From: Octopus bimaculoides
Lineage: Eukaryota
Reading direction: 5' to 3'
Assembly (NCBI RefSeq): GCF_001194135.2
Contig: NC_068982.1
Location: 89,594,625 to 89,658,624, forward strand
DNA length: 64,000 nt
Shown here in pieces: positions 1 to 12,183 of the stretch. Made by a program: the position numbers and the translations under genes. Numbering within the stretch: the stretch's first letter is position 1; each line of letters begins with the position of its first letter. A model generated the notes under the pieces. That model worked only from the letters and a program-made list of their open reading frames with translations, was not told where the DNA came from and made no database searches.

Positions 1-1920
1 GTAAAGTAATATTTTCCCATGGCCAGACATGTTTGCACAGAAGATTATACATAAAGAACACTTCTTGTATGGCAGTAACCGGTGACACCCATTTACAACT
101 ATCATGCGATATCAAGACAAAAAGACACTAATATATAGGCATACACACACAAACACACAAACGCACACACACACCAAACAAATATAAAGAAATCTCCATG
201 TTGGATGCAGTTTTAAATTTAGTGATGCAGCTGACCTTATGTATATAGATCAAGACAACTGGCTAGTGCTAAATGTATAACATTATGGAGCACAGGGTCA
301 CTACCATAGCATGTGGAGGTTATTGGTACTGATATATGAGGGAGGTCATGATTACTATTGTAATATGCAAACTAAAGTGTAGTTACTGCCACATACTCAT
401 GAATGTAAGTTCATTCTTGTAATTCCTGGACAGGACAGCATGTTGTGTCCTTAAGCAAAGTATATAGTTTCACATTGCTCCAGTTCATAGTACTGAAAAT
501 GAGTACCAGCTGAGTACTGGTGCAGCTTTGCTACCATTTTATTTGGGGTTTGATTTCACGAGAGGCATTTGGAACAAGTAACTTCCACTATAGCCTCAGG
601 CTGACCAAATCTTCTGTAAATTGAAGTTAGAGAGAAACTAGAAGGAAGCCCATCATGCACATTCCTCTCCCCATGCCTGTACCATTCCTTCAGTGTTCTG
701 CTTAGTCATAACCAGAAATGACTGATGAAAGTAGCATTAATTTTCTAGGTTATTCAATCTTTCCCAACCAATCAATGAGCTAATTGGGTAAACCTATCAA
801 TAATGAACCTATAATGGCTACTGGAAACAGCTGTAAGTTGAATTTACTACAATAAAGAAAAATATGTAATGACCATTAGTTATACCTTGTCTTAAATATA
901 TATATATATATATATGTTCTCCACCACTCCTCAACAATTAGTGTTGGTGTGTTTACATCCTTATAATTTAGCTGTTCAGAATAAGAGATCGATAGAAGTA
1001 CCAGGAAAAATACAAAAGTAAGTACTGGGGTCGATTTGTTAGACTAAAATAAATTGTTCAAGGTGGTGCCCCAGCTTGGTCACAGTCTAATGACTGAAGT
1101 TAGTAAAAGATAAAAGATATGTGTGTATGCTTTGATTCTGCAAGACTTCACAAAAACAGTTGAGTTAAAATATTACTATACTTTTCATTCTCAAGTAAAC
1201 AAAAGTCCCCTAGTGTCATGGACCTTGTTGGTTTTGACATGTCAAGACTAATGGAATGAAACTACCTTATTGGTGTAAAACATTTAATAGTTAGCAACAA
1301 GAAGAGCATCCAGCTACAGAAAATCTGCATCAATAAATTTCATCTATCTCATGCCAGTGTGAAGAAAAAGAAAACATAAAAGTGATGAGGAAGATGACAA
1401 TGATTTATATATCTGTGTGTGTGTGTGTGTGTGTGTGTGTATTTCACAATGGTATTTTTCATACGCAATGTGATGCCAGAAATCTTCAGAGAAAATGATT
1501 TATCAAGAACCACTTAGCCAAAAATAAATGTAATTTGGATTTCTAGATTCTAAAATTTTAGAAATTAATTTTACTCAAGATAAATTACTGTTATAACAGT
1601 TGCATTATTGTCAAGTTACAAACTGAAAACATGGAGAAAGTTGTTTTTTTGTCCACTTGTTAAAATGTTGAGTAGCATAACTTTGGTTTTTAAAATAATA
1701 CAAGGCCTTGTCACTAGGACGTTTGGAAAACAAGACCTTTAAGTTTATAAGCTTACTTTTTCATGTTTTAAATAGCAAAGTGTTGTGGCTTCTTATGATT
1801 TTTTTTTCCTACAAGAATTTGACTATTGTTATTGTTTGAATCAAAATACTTATAGTATAAATACACAATATCATTGAATCCATTCAGAGATGTAAAAACT
1901 TATATATATATGTATATGTA

Positions 1921-2400
1921 TCATCATCATCATCGTCGTTTAACGTCCGCTTTTCATGCTAGTATGGGTTGGACGATTTGACTGAGGATGGGTGGACCAG
2001 GAGGCGACACCAGGCTCCAATCTGATTTGGCAGAGTTTCTACAGCTGGATGCCCTTCCTAACGCCAACCACTTCGAGAGTGTAGTGGGTGCTTTTATGTG
2101 CCACCGGCACGAGGGCCAGTCAGGCGGTACTGGCGACGGCAATGCTCGAAATGGTGTATTTTACATGTCACCTGCACAGGAGCCAGTCCATCAGTACCAC
2201 CATCATTTAACATCTATGTTCCATATAGTCATGGATTGGTTCTGATGTACCCAAGAGTTGCATCGTACTCAAATGTCTGCTTTAGCACAGTTTCTGAAGC
2301 TAGATGCCTTTTCTAACACCAATCACTTTACAACATGGACTGGGTGCTTTCTTGTTCCACCTGAAGTCACCAAACAGTTTGCAGAACTTTGAACCCACAC
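1921..2400 (-). mobile_element. Abundant dispersed SINE-like repeat with (ATG)n tail, two adjacent copies
   Basis: The block gatgcccttcctaacgccaaccac...gtgggtgcttttatgtgccacc recurs at ~23060-23280, 26090-26440 (+), 37470-37650, 41450-41750 (+), 45530-45765 (+) and 48660-48850. It is always bounded by catcatcat / atgatgatg. Confidence 0.75.
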
Positions 2401-2489
2401 TGGGCCGAGCATCTTTATGCTAGGGGAGGAGAGGAATGCTAGGGAAAATGGGGGACAGGGCAAGTTCTTGTAGAGGGATCTGCATGTTT

Positions 2490-3335
2490 ACTCACATCTA
2501 GTAGGGAAAAGGGGAACAGAGAAAGATAAAATGATAATTAGGAGCTGCAAGAGATAGATAATGGTGATGAAGTGCCCAGGTGACCTTATAAGGCACAAGC
2601 TGAGTAGATGTGAATGAGTGGGTGCTTGGTCTGCAAGATTGTATTGGAAAGAGAATGAGGTGATAGGGGGTTGACCCAAAATAGTTAGGGTTGAAGGGTC
2701 AATGAACAAAGAACGTGCTGAGAAAGACAGAGGGATGCAGAAGAAACAGTATGGTGGCACAAGTGGCAGGAGTACTAAGATGATACATGAGTACTAAGAG
2801 TAGAGGACAAGAGAGGGAGATGACATGGTTTGGTAGTCTGTAGGAGCTGTGGATGGAGAGAGAGAGAGTCATTGTAACATGGGTGGAGAGCAGGAAGCAT
2901 AGCACTTCCAGAACTCAATTTTGCTGTGGAGGATGAGTCTTTTCAAGAACCTCATATCGCCAGAGATTCCAGTCTTTAGTCATCTCTACCATCAGATTCA
3001 GGTTTCTGAGGTCAACCTTCCCACTTCATCCTATGTCTTTCTGGGTCTCCCTCTTCTGCAGGTTCCAACCACATTAAATGATTGGCACTTTTTTATGCAT
3101 CTGTCCTCATCCATATGCATCACATGTCCACATCAATGCAGTCTTCTCTCTTGAATGCAAACCCTGATTCCTCTTATGCCAAGTTTTTCATTCATCACCT
3201 TTGTACTAATTCTTTCATGCACACTCACATTAGATATCCAAGAGAGTATATTTGTTTTATTTCTTTCAAGTTTTCTCAAGAAGATATCAGTGCCCCAAGT
3301 GTGATATGAACTCACAACCTCTGCATTTCTCATGC
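2490..3335 (-). mobile_element. RTE-type LINE, 3' fragment (degenerate)
   Basis: Minus strand: ...LSWISNVSVHERISTKVMNEKLGIRGIRVCIQERRLH, then a broken WFGHV..RM...G.CRRGRPRKTW-like motif, followed by a pyrimidine-rich 3' region. Confidence 0.75.
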
Positions 3336-3720
3336 ATGACTCAAACAGTGACTTACATGTTTTTAAAAGCCTGCTTTAGTAATTGTAGCTTTTGGTTCAA
3401 ACTGAGCTGGGAGTTGTTGTTTAACTCTATGTGAGCTCTCAACCAGTGGCCTTGTAACCAAAGTCATTCCAGCTATAACCTACCATGCACTTGTATTTCA
3501 AGGACTTCATTGTCCAATGTATACATTTGGTTGTTAAAGTGTGATTTTAGCAATATTTCACTAATACTTTAGCAAGTAAATTGACAACTGCATGTTGGCC
3601 CCCTTATTTGCCTGCATCCCTAGAGTAATGTGCATGTGTGTGTGTGTGTACATGCACACACACACGTCCATATATTGGATGGATTGGCAGTCTTTAAAGG
3701 TGTAGGATAACCTTTTTGTT

Positions 3721-3925
3721 ATGACTCTGAAATGATGAAAAGTTGTCTGTAGCTGAGTTAGAACAACTCTGCAGAGTCAGAAAAAATACTACAAAACATC
3801 ACAAGACACTCTCTCATAAAGAAAAAGAGATTGTCTTGTGATGTTTTGTAGTATTTTTCCTAACTCCACAGAGTTGTTCTAATTCTGCTACAGACAGCTT
3901 TAACTTTTCATCATTTCAGAGACAT
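3721..3925. repeat. Palindromic MITE-like element (~200-bp hairpin)
   Basis: tctgaaatgatgaaaagtt...actacaaaacatcacaagaca is mirrored by tgtcttgtgatgttttgtagt...aacttttcatcatttcaga. Confidence 0.8.
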
Positions 3926-4144
3926 GACAAAAAGGTATCAATCCAGTACTGTGGATTGCAGCAGAACGGTTAGAGGGAGTCAGGCAGGGTATCTCATGGT
4001 ATCTGTTCTAGTTTTATGCATTCTGAGAGTAGCACCTGCAATGATGCTGGTGCCAAACAGTATTGGCAAAAGTTAGTGAACTTTCCTTTGGATAAACATT
4101 ATTGGCATGTAAAGGAGAGATTTACGACAGAGATTTCCTCAAAA

Positions 4145-4545
4145 AATTTTTGCCTATGGCTGTGTGGTTAAAAAGCTTGCTTTGCAACCATGTGGTTTGG
4201 AGGTTCAGTCCCACTGCATAGCACTTAGGGAAAGTGTCTTCTACTTTGGTTCCTGGTGAGCTGGTGTCTTGTGAGTGAGTTTGGTGGACGAAATCTGTGT
4301 GTGTGTGTGTGTGTGTGTGTGAGAGTGCATGTATGTGTATCTTTGCATTTGTTCCTTCCACCCCTCACTACTTGACAGTTGGTGTTGGTTTGTTTACCCA
4401 TAACATAGCAGTGTGGCAAAATAGATTGACAGAATAAGTGTGAGACTTTAGAAAAATGAATACTGGAGACAATTTGTTCAACGAAACCCTTCAAAGTGGT
4501 GCCCCAGTATGGCCGCAGTCCAATGACTGAAACAAATAAAGGATA
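4145..4545 (+). mobile_element. tRNA-derived SINE with internal (TG)n tract
   Basis: tRNA-like head ggctgtgtggt...ggttcagtcccactgc, core cacttagggaaagtgtcttct, and tail gcatggccgcagtc..atgactgaaacaa. Same family as 35826-36205. Confidence 0.8.
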
Positions 4546-4821
4546 ACAGAAACAGGTTGGTACATGGTCATCATTGACCGACAGGATTCAACACACACAC
4601 ACACACACACACACATGCATGCACACACCCACACACGAATAGGGAATGTGATGAAATGTACCAAAGACTAGTTTCAGATGCAAACAAAGTTAATTACAAT
4701 AAACACAAAAGATGAGGTTAAAATTGTATGAATTAAAATTTGTCCTGAAATGTCTTTAAGGGAATAAAAATCTTATTGAAAAAGTGAGTACAGTAACACA
4801 ACAGTAATAAAAGTTACTTGC

Positions 4822-4930
4822 CATCAGCAACATCATCATCTTCATCATCATCTTCATCGTCATCCTCTTCAAAATTAATTGAAGCACTTTCAGAAGAGAT
4901 CATACTGCTTGTTCGAGAATGGGTACAAAC
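4822..4930 (-). CDS. PLCE1: Phospholipase C epsilon, probable exon 8 in window (acidic X-Y linker)
   Basis: Acceptor ttctatgacAG|GTT in phase 0. VCTHSRTSSMISSESASINFEEDDDEDDDEDDDVAD; an acidic run is typical of PLC X-Y linkers. The donor is ambiguous: GC donor after 4822 or GT donor after 4818. Confidence 0.75.
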
Positions 4931-5180
4931 CTGTCATAGAAATGTTATTTGTATGAGGAAAATTTATAGTACACACACATACATAGTTAAACCGTCAAGG
5001 AAAGCAGGGGAGGGTATTCTGAAATATAAATTGACTAAAATTTAAATGGAAATATGCTGTGTCACTGGTTATCTGATTTTGGGTAAGGAAATGAAAACCA
5101 ATTTGTAATAAGTTTATATGAATAATTCACAATGAAGTACAAATATGAATATCAAAATAACAATCAATAAGGCAAAATTA

Positions 5181-5213
<33 letters not shown>

Positions 5214-5252
5214 CATGCATGTCTGTATGTAAGTGTGAATATATATATATAT

Positions 5253-6391
5253 AAATATTAGTTAAAGAATAAAAAGACTGGGTTAATGACTCAACATATC
5301 ACACCCCCTCAATGAACATATATAAGAAATACAGCATAATCTGTCAAACACAAGGAATAAGAAGAAATAATAAATAAATAAAAATAGAGCATATAGTTTA
5401 AAATTTTTATACACGAATATATTGTTTCAACCGATAACATGGAACTGAAAAAAATCGAGTTAAAGGTATAAAGCAATACACGTGAATATCATTTCATAGA
5501 AGTTAAAAAAGTTAAAATTAATACAAATAAAAATTAATACGGAAGGAGTAAAAATTTCAAATATAATAACATATAATATAAGTCGATATAGTAAAATAAA
5601 ATGACATGAAGAAATGAGGTACCATAAAGTAGTCTATCGGTTGAAAAAACAAGGACAGAAGTGATTTAACACCACTTAGAATTAAAGTTCAAAGTTCTTC
5701 AACTCCCTCGGGCACATTTCACATCTCAAAACCAGTAGACACCAAAAGGCAAGTTCGCACCAATCCGGCACACACAAGAGCAAACAACAGGCACCCAGCA
5801 AGTATCAACAGGCAAAAGTTCAATTCCGCTCACCATATCAAAAAAGGTTCACCACACATGAGTCAAAAACAATTACAGCACACCGCAGGTATCCATCAAT
5901 AAAAACAATTTCACGAATTTCATACAATACCTATGGCCATTTCGGAGGTACACCACTGTATTTCAAAACACAATAGAGTGTAAATTGGTGATGACCCCTC
6001 GTCAGGGTGAACACACGTACAAAGTTACAACATGCACAAGATGAAAAAAAAAACTGATTTCTCTAAGGAGCAAATATATATAAAAATGGACCAGCCTATG
6101 TAAATAAGTGGAAGATTAAAAAAAAAAAGAAGAAAAAAAGTGCCATTTTAGAATAGCCAAACAGGCTGCAATATCAACACCAATCTACGAGGTTTCAAAT
6201 CACCCTAACGTAAACTATTACACTTGTTATTTATTTTTATCTCTATAGTTTCAAGAAGAAAAACTTCTTGAAACTATAGAGATAAAAATAAATTTAAAAG
6301 TAATAACAAATGTAACAGTTTACGTTAGGGTGATTTGAAACCTCGTAGATTGGTTTTGATACTGCAGCCTGTTTGGCTATTCTAAAATGGC

Positions 6392-6428
<37 letters not shown>

Positions 6429-6993
6429 GAATCCTCCAATTATTTACATAGGCTGGTCCATTTTGTTTATATATATTTGCTCTACTGGTTTTGAGATGTG
6501 AAATGTGCCCGAGGGAGTTGAAGAACTTTGAACTTTAATTCTAAGTGGTGCTAAATCACTTCTGTCCTTGTTTTTCCAACCGATAGACTACTTTATGGTA
6601 CCTCATTTCTTCATGTCATTTTATTTTACTATATCGACTTATATTATATTATTATATTTGAAATTTTTACTCCTTCCGTATTAATTTTTATTAGTATTAA
6701 TTTTAACTTTTTAACTTCTATGAAATGATATTCACGTGTATTGCTTTATATCTTTAACTCAATTTTTTTCAGTTCCATGTTATCGGTTGAAACAATATAT
6801 TCTTGTATAAAAATTTTATACTATATGATATATTTTTATTTATTTATTATTTCTTCTTGCATTATTTTTCTTGCGTTATTTCTTCTTATTCCTTATGTTT
6901 GACAGATTATGCTGTATTTCTTATATATGTTCATTGAGGGGGTATGATATGTTGAGTCGTTAACCCAGTCTTTTTATTTTTTAACTAATATTT
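5253..6993. repeat. 1.7-kb near-perfect palindrome (foldback structure)
   Basis: Centre CAAGAAG-AAAAA-CTTCTTG at 6252-6270. The arms are reverse complements out to aaatattagttaa / ttaactaatattt. The left arm carries about 330 extra bp (~5741-6068). Confidence 0.93.
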
Positions 6994-9900
6994 TACTCTT
7001 GTCTCAATTATTCTGAGCACTTCTCCTTGCAGCCCTGTATAAAATCTATTGGTTTCCTAATAAGAAACCATTAATACTATATATATATATATAGTAAAAT
7101 AAAAGTTAGGCAGGCAGTTGTTAATGACATGAAAGTATTTATAAATTAGTTATACAGATGTGTGTATAAATACAATTAAGCAGAAAAACAGGAAACCAGT
7201 CCACAGTTGTTCTCATAAATAGGTAAAACACCTAGAGAGTTCATACTCTGACATCATAGATAGATGGGAAAAGAATCCAGACAATCCTTTACAACTGTTT
7301 CTTAGGTTTGGTGATCAACAAGTGCAGTGGTGTGCATTATGCATACAAAAACATGTAGTAAATTGGTGTTAGAAGATGTATATGAAATAGCACAAATTTA
7401 AGTTATAATGATAGTATATATTATTATGATGACACTATGAAATTAATGTACTTGATTACTGAGCAAATGGTCATGAATTCAAACCTTATTTTTCCTCTAG
7501 ACACAGTGTTTGATGCAGTGTACCTAACTGAAGAAAACAGACACTGCTCTGTACTCTATAGTGGGAAGAGCAGTAAAATTCAGTTGCATCAGCCACAAAA
7601 CTACCTCATAGATGCAAGAAAATATAAAACAGATATAGATACAAGCAGTTAAAAGATATAGAAAATAGTACATCTCTGACAATTCAATAACTTTTTCCTT
7701 ACCAAATTCCAAACTGAAAGACACTACCTTTGTTTCAATTAATTTTGAAAATAATGAAGAATTTAGTAAAATAGCTTTGTCATTATTAAGCTAGTGTTTA
7801 TAAAATAAATCAATAAGAAATTTTGATGAAAGGTTCTTATTTAATTCACTTTGAACCAAGAAGTTTGCATTATAGGAACAAGAGCTGTCTGAGGCAGGTC
7901 GGTATCAAGAGGATTTAAATAGTTCTTATCCTGTCACTTTAATTAAGTCCATAGTCAAGAAGCTTGTATTTAGGCACATACTTTTTATATTTTAACTAGC
8001 AGTCTTTGGCTGCTATCATTGGTGGTTTGCAGAGGAGATTTAAGCAAACCCTCACAGATTGTTAAATAACAATGATGCATGTTGTCAAAATGGACATCAT
8101 TGGTTTAATTTCATGGTGACAATTTATAGATGTTTGTCTATATATTATTTATTCTTAACTTAATTTCTATTTAGTAATTAGTTCTTAATAACCCAATCTA
8201 TATAATGATGATAGATGTATTAAACTAAAATTCTGCAATTGATGGGAATTCTACTGAAAAATTTACTAATTGATACATTTAATTGAAAAAAGTTAGGTAA
8301 TTATCTCTCTTTATTACTCTGCAGCAATTGGACATATTCTTTTTGTTTCTTGCTTTCAAGAAATTGATGTTGTCAATTAAATTGACACCAGTAAATTACC
8401 TAATTGATCAGCCCATTCCTTCCTCTTTCACCTATCTTGGAGAACAAACAAGGAATCTCACTGGATATGCATAGACCCCATGGCTTGTACCTATACTCTC
8501 CTTCAAGCCATTTGATATTGACATCTTTCACCATTTATCTATCTGCAGCTATTCATCACAGTTTCACTTCTGTTCTGTTCTGTTTTAAAAATGGAAATGA
8601 GTGGACCATTAGTCTTGTGAAGATGTAATGTGGTTGATGTTGGGAAAGGCATTCAACTGTAGAGACTAATCCAAAAATGAAACTTAGGTATGAGATGTGG
8701 TCCTGTGACCCATCTAACAAAGCATCAGTAATCTGTGCAGCCCATGTGAGTAATTGAAAGAAACATTAAGTGATAAGGATGGTGATGTTGATGATGATGA
8801 TATTTATTCTATCAATCTCAGAGGAATAAAAAGAAAAGTTAACTCTGCCAGAATGTTGGAAATGGCCAGAATACCATGTGTATTACCCATCTGTTATAGT
8901 AACCATGTGACTGGACTCTCATTTCAGTTGAAAACAGCCATTTTTCTGACTGCTAAATCAAGCAAATACATACACATCTTACATTTATAAGGATAATGAT
9001 GATGGTGCTGTTGTTGTTGATGAAGAGGTTGATACATTTGTTCTAAAGATTATGCATTTGTACTGAGGATGCACTGAAGTGTGAAACTTATTTCAGTGAA
9101 GTTTGGGGAAACAGGAATTATTTAGTGAAATATCCTACAAATTTTGAAATAATTGGAATTTGAGGAATTGGAAATGGAATATTTCCAAAAGACTTTTTTG
9201 AATGGAACAGTGATGTATGTAATCTTGAAATATTACTTTAATGGCCTTCACAATAAATTACTAACCTTTGCTTCATATAACAAGTCAAAGAAATAACTCA
9301 ACGAAAATTAATATAAAAATAGTAAAAGTAATAATGAATTCATTTACCTAGACAACAGACAAATTTTATTGGAGAGAAGACAAAATCAACTCTAACACAT
9401 TATTGGTGACTTTTGTTTCCGAGACTAGAAAGATCAAAAGAGAAGTCACCAAAGCAAAATTTGTTTTAAGTTTCTTGAAGGAGAAACCTAATATTCTAAG
9501 AATGTTGGTCTGGTCTGCTACTTTTTATTTTTATTTATAGAATATACAGTAACAAAGGAAGGTAAGTGAAGAGGTAGATAGACAAAAAGGATTTTTTGGT
9601 ATTTAGTTATGTTTCATTACATCCTGTGTTAAAATTCCACTGAGGTAGACTTTGTCTTTTATCCTTCCAATACAATAAGTACTAGTTGTTGTGTTGTTTA
9701 GCCTTTCCAATAAAATAAGCACTAGATGTTGTGTTGTTTAGCTGGTCTCTGATCCGAGGTATTCCAGTACTTTGCTGGTACTTTCTTTTATTGTCTCTAG
9801 AAGGCTGAAAGGCAAAGTGGACCCCAGTAGGATTGAACTCGAAGCATAAAGTGCCATAACTAAATAAGTTAAGATATTTTTGCCCAGTATTCTAAACAGT

Positions 9901-10739
9901 TTTGCAAATTCATTGAACATGATCTCAAATTTTGGGGAGGAAATAATCAATCAATCGGCCCATTATTTGACAAGTACTATTTTATCAACCTTTAAAAGTG
10001 GGGAAAAACAAGACTGAACAGGGTGAGAATTAAACTCAAAAAGTAAAGGGATGTAACTAAATAAAACATTTAATTTACTGTCCTACTGATTCTGATACTC
10101 TATCACTACTACAAATATATATATGAACATAATATTGCAAATTAGCAATCATTAGAGCATCAGATAATTTCTTTTTTTTTTTTTAATGTATAGCTATATT
10201 TTGATACATAACATTATTCATTCTGTTTATAAGACAAGCCATATACTAGTAATGATAATTATAGTTATTTTGAATGTCTGTGCAAGGCCAACAATTTTGA
10301 GAAGGGGACAGTTGATTACATTGTCCCAATGTCCCAGAGCTTATCAAACCCAGCGAGATGAAAAGCAAAGTTACCCTCAGCAGGATTCAGAATCAGAACA
10401 AATACTGCAAGGAATTGTTTTCAACACTCTCTCAATTCTGCCAAACCAACCAACCAACCAAATAATAATAAGCTCACTATACGGTTAAGTTCCTGCCCTT
10501 GTGTGGTTCACTTATTCAGCTGTGCTGTGTAATACTACCACTTGACAGTGACTTTGACGGAAGCTACTATGTTGTAAGTAGTCAATTCAGGTCTTTGCTC
10601 TGAGGATGACTTCTCTTCATCCAGCCAGTCTTGGAGGCCTTGAAAAAGTCAAGGGCCCTACCTCAGCCTACCATACCACAATAATAATAATAATAATGAT
10701 AATAATAATAATTATTATTGTTATTATGATAATGATGAT

Positions 10740-10960
10740 AATTCTTTCTACTACAAGCACAAGGATTGAATTTTTGGTGGGAGGAAACTAGTCAATTACA
10801 TTGACCCCAGTGTTTTACTGGTACTTAATTTATTGACCCCCAAAAGGATAAGTGGCAAAGTTGGCGTCGACAGAATTTGAACTCAGAAGATGATGATAGG
10901 CGAAATACCGTTAAGCATTTCATCCAGCACATTAACAATTCTGCCAGTTTCCTACCTTAA
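10740..10960 (-). mobile_element. Short tRNA-derived SINE flanked by (TAA)n
   Basis: ...gtcaattacattgaccccagtg..actggtactt..ttgacccc.aaaggat.a.aggcaaagt.gac...gaatttgaactcagaa... Further copies at ~11505-11710, 31610-31810, 53845-53990, 58530-58710, 59130-59330 and 59900-60110. Confidence 0.8.
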
Positions 10961-10968
10961 TAATAAAT

Positions 10969-11483
10969 GCCCTGATGTCATACCAGGCACTGGTCACATG
11001 GCTTCTGATCTTAACTGATTGAAAGTGTTATCATGTACATGTTTTGTCTTGGCATAAAAGATGGGCTGCAGCAAATATTTTGCTCAATACCACAGATTTG
11101 TTTGTCAGCTTGTCAGTTGAGCATGTCTCTCAGAAGCTGACATGTGCATCTCTGATCTCAAGCAGTTGTAGTGGGGGAGCATCATAGCCATGTGTTGAGA
11201 GGAATTCTTTGGGGTTTGAATTATTCAACTCTGGAAGCATGGGTGTCTCATTCAACATCCTTAAACAACCTTTATTCAAGGACCGTTTGAGTGGGATGGG
11301 CTTCTCAACCTGAAGAAAATTTTATCTGGGTTCCACCTGCAAGATCATGCTTTTTATCTTGGTATGAGATATGGTTGTGAAGCATGTGCCTGATGTACCC
11401 TTAGATGGGTAGTCATGATGGGTATATTGGGCTTTGTATATTTGTACTCCAGTGTCACTTTGATGGCATGCACTGCTCTCTCA
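10969..11483 (+). mobile_element. ~500-bp dispersed element flanked by (TAA)n, copy 1 of 3
   Basis: Aligns by eye with 53185-53691 and 59393-59838 (ccctgatg.agtaccaggcactgg...gagaggaattctttgggg...gtcactttgatggcatgcactgctc). Followed by aataataat. Orientation is inferred. Confidence 0.8.
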
Positions 11484-11733
11484 GTCTATGTTAATAATAA
11501 TAATAATCCTTTTTACTACAGGCACAAGGCCTGAAATTTTGGGGGATGGGGAAAGTTGATCACATTGACTCCAGTACTTGACTGGTACTTAATTTATAAA
11601 CTCTGAAAGGATAGAAGACAAGGTTGACCGTGGTGGAATTTGAACTCAGAATATAAAGATAGACAAAATGCTTCTTAGCATTCTGTCCAGTGTGCTAATG
11701 ATTCTGCCATATATGTGTGTGTGTGTGTGTGAA

Positions 11734-12140
11734 ATTGATAATAAATATCATTTATGATAAAAATTTGTGGTTTCATTTTGATTACTGTACCAGTGACAGA
11801 AGGTAAAACTTCTCAATGCAATTCATCTGCATTTAGTGTCTCTGACTGTGATTCACTTTCACTCTATTTGTTGTTTTAGTTTCCTTCTACCAGCATGACC
11901 GACGTGAAACACATTTCATTTTATTACATGGAAGATGGGTGGGTGTCTGTGTGAGAGATTGATTAATACAATTTATGATAAAATCTTAGTTCCATTTTGA
12001 TTAAAATACCTGCATCTTCAAAGCTCACAGCACTTCACCCGCATTTTGCGTCTCTGACTGTCAGTCACTTCTACTCTGTTTGTTGTTTTAGCTCCCCTCT
12101 ACCAGCAGGACTGACAGGACACATTGCATTTTATTATATG
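11734..12140. repeat. Diverged tandem duplication, two copies of ~190 bp (period ~224 bp)
   Basis: atttatgataaaa..tttcattttgatta...gtctctgactgt...ctatttgttgttttag...ctaccagca occurs at both ~11734 and ~11958. Confidence 0.8.
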
Positions 12141-12183
12141 TAAGTTATCAGAATTAAAGTAAATTTGCATTTGAAATACTCAC

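Noticed and set aside
1988-2316. Overlapping short ORFs in a GC-richer patch
   Set aside because: They lie within a dispersed SINE-like repeat present many times in the window.
1-4800. Next PLC exon (rest of the X-Y linker or start of the Y box)
   Set aside because: I found no frame with an ELSDLV/Y-box-like motif and credible splice sites. It probably lies left of the window, though a short poorly conserved linker exon could have been missed.
5683-5975. Stop-free plus-strand frame of ~97 codons in the left palindrome arm
   Set aside because: It has no start codon or recognisable motif, and the A/C-rich, T-poor composition explains the lack of stops.
5986-6012. Hammerhead-ribozyme-like core (CTGACGA-GGGG...CACC on the minus strand; TGATGA-CCCCT...AGGG-TGAA on the plus strand) in the palindrome's extra block
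   Set aside because: Neither strand has both the CUGANGA and GAAA cores, and stems I and III are not evident. At best it is a degenerate Penelope-type relic; an Infernal search would be needed.
7437-7652. 71-aa plus-strand ORF with an acceptor-like tract (ttatttttcctctag) as a nested antisense exon
   Set aside because: There is no recognisable homology, donor or partner exon; such features are expected by chance in 64 kb.
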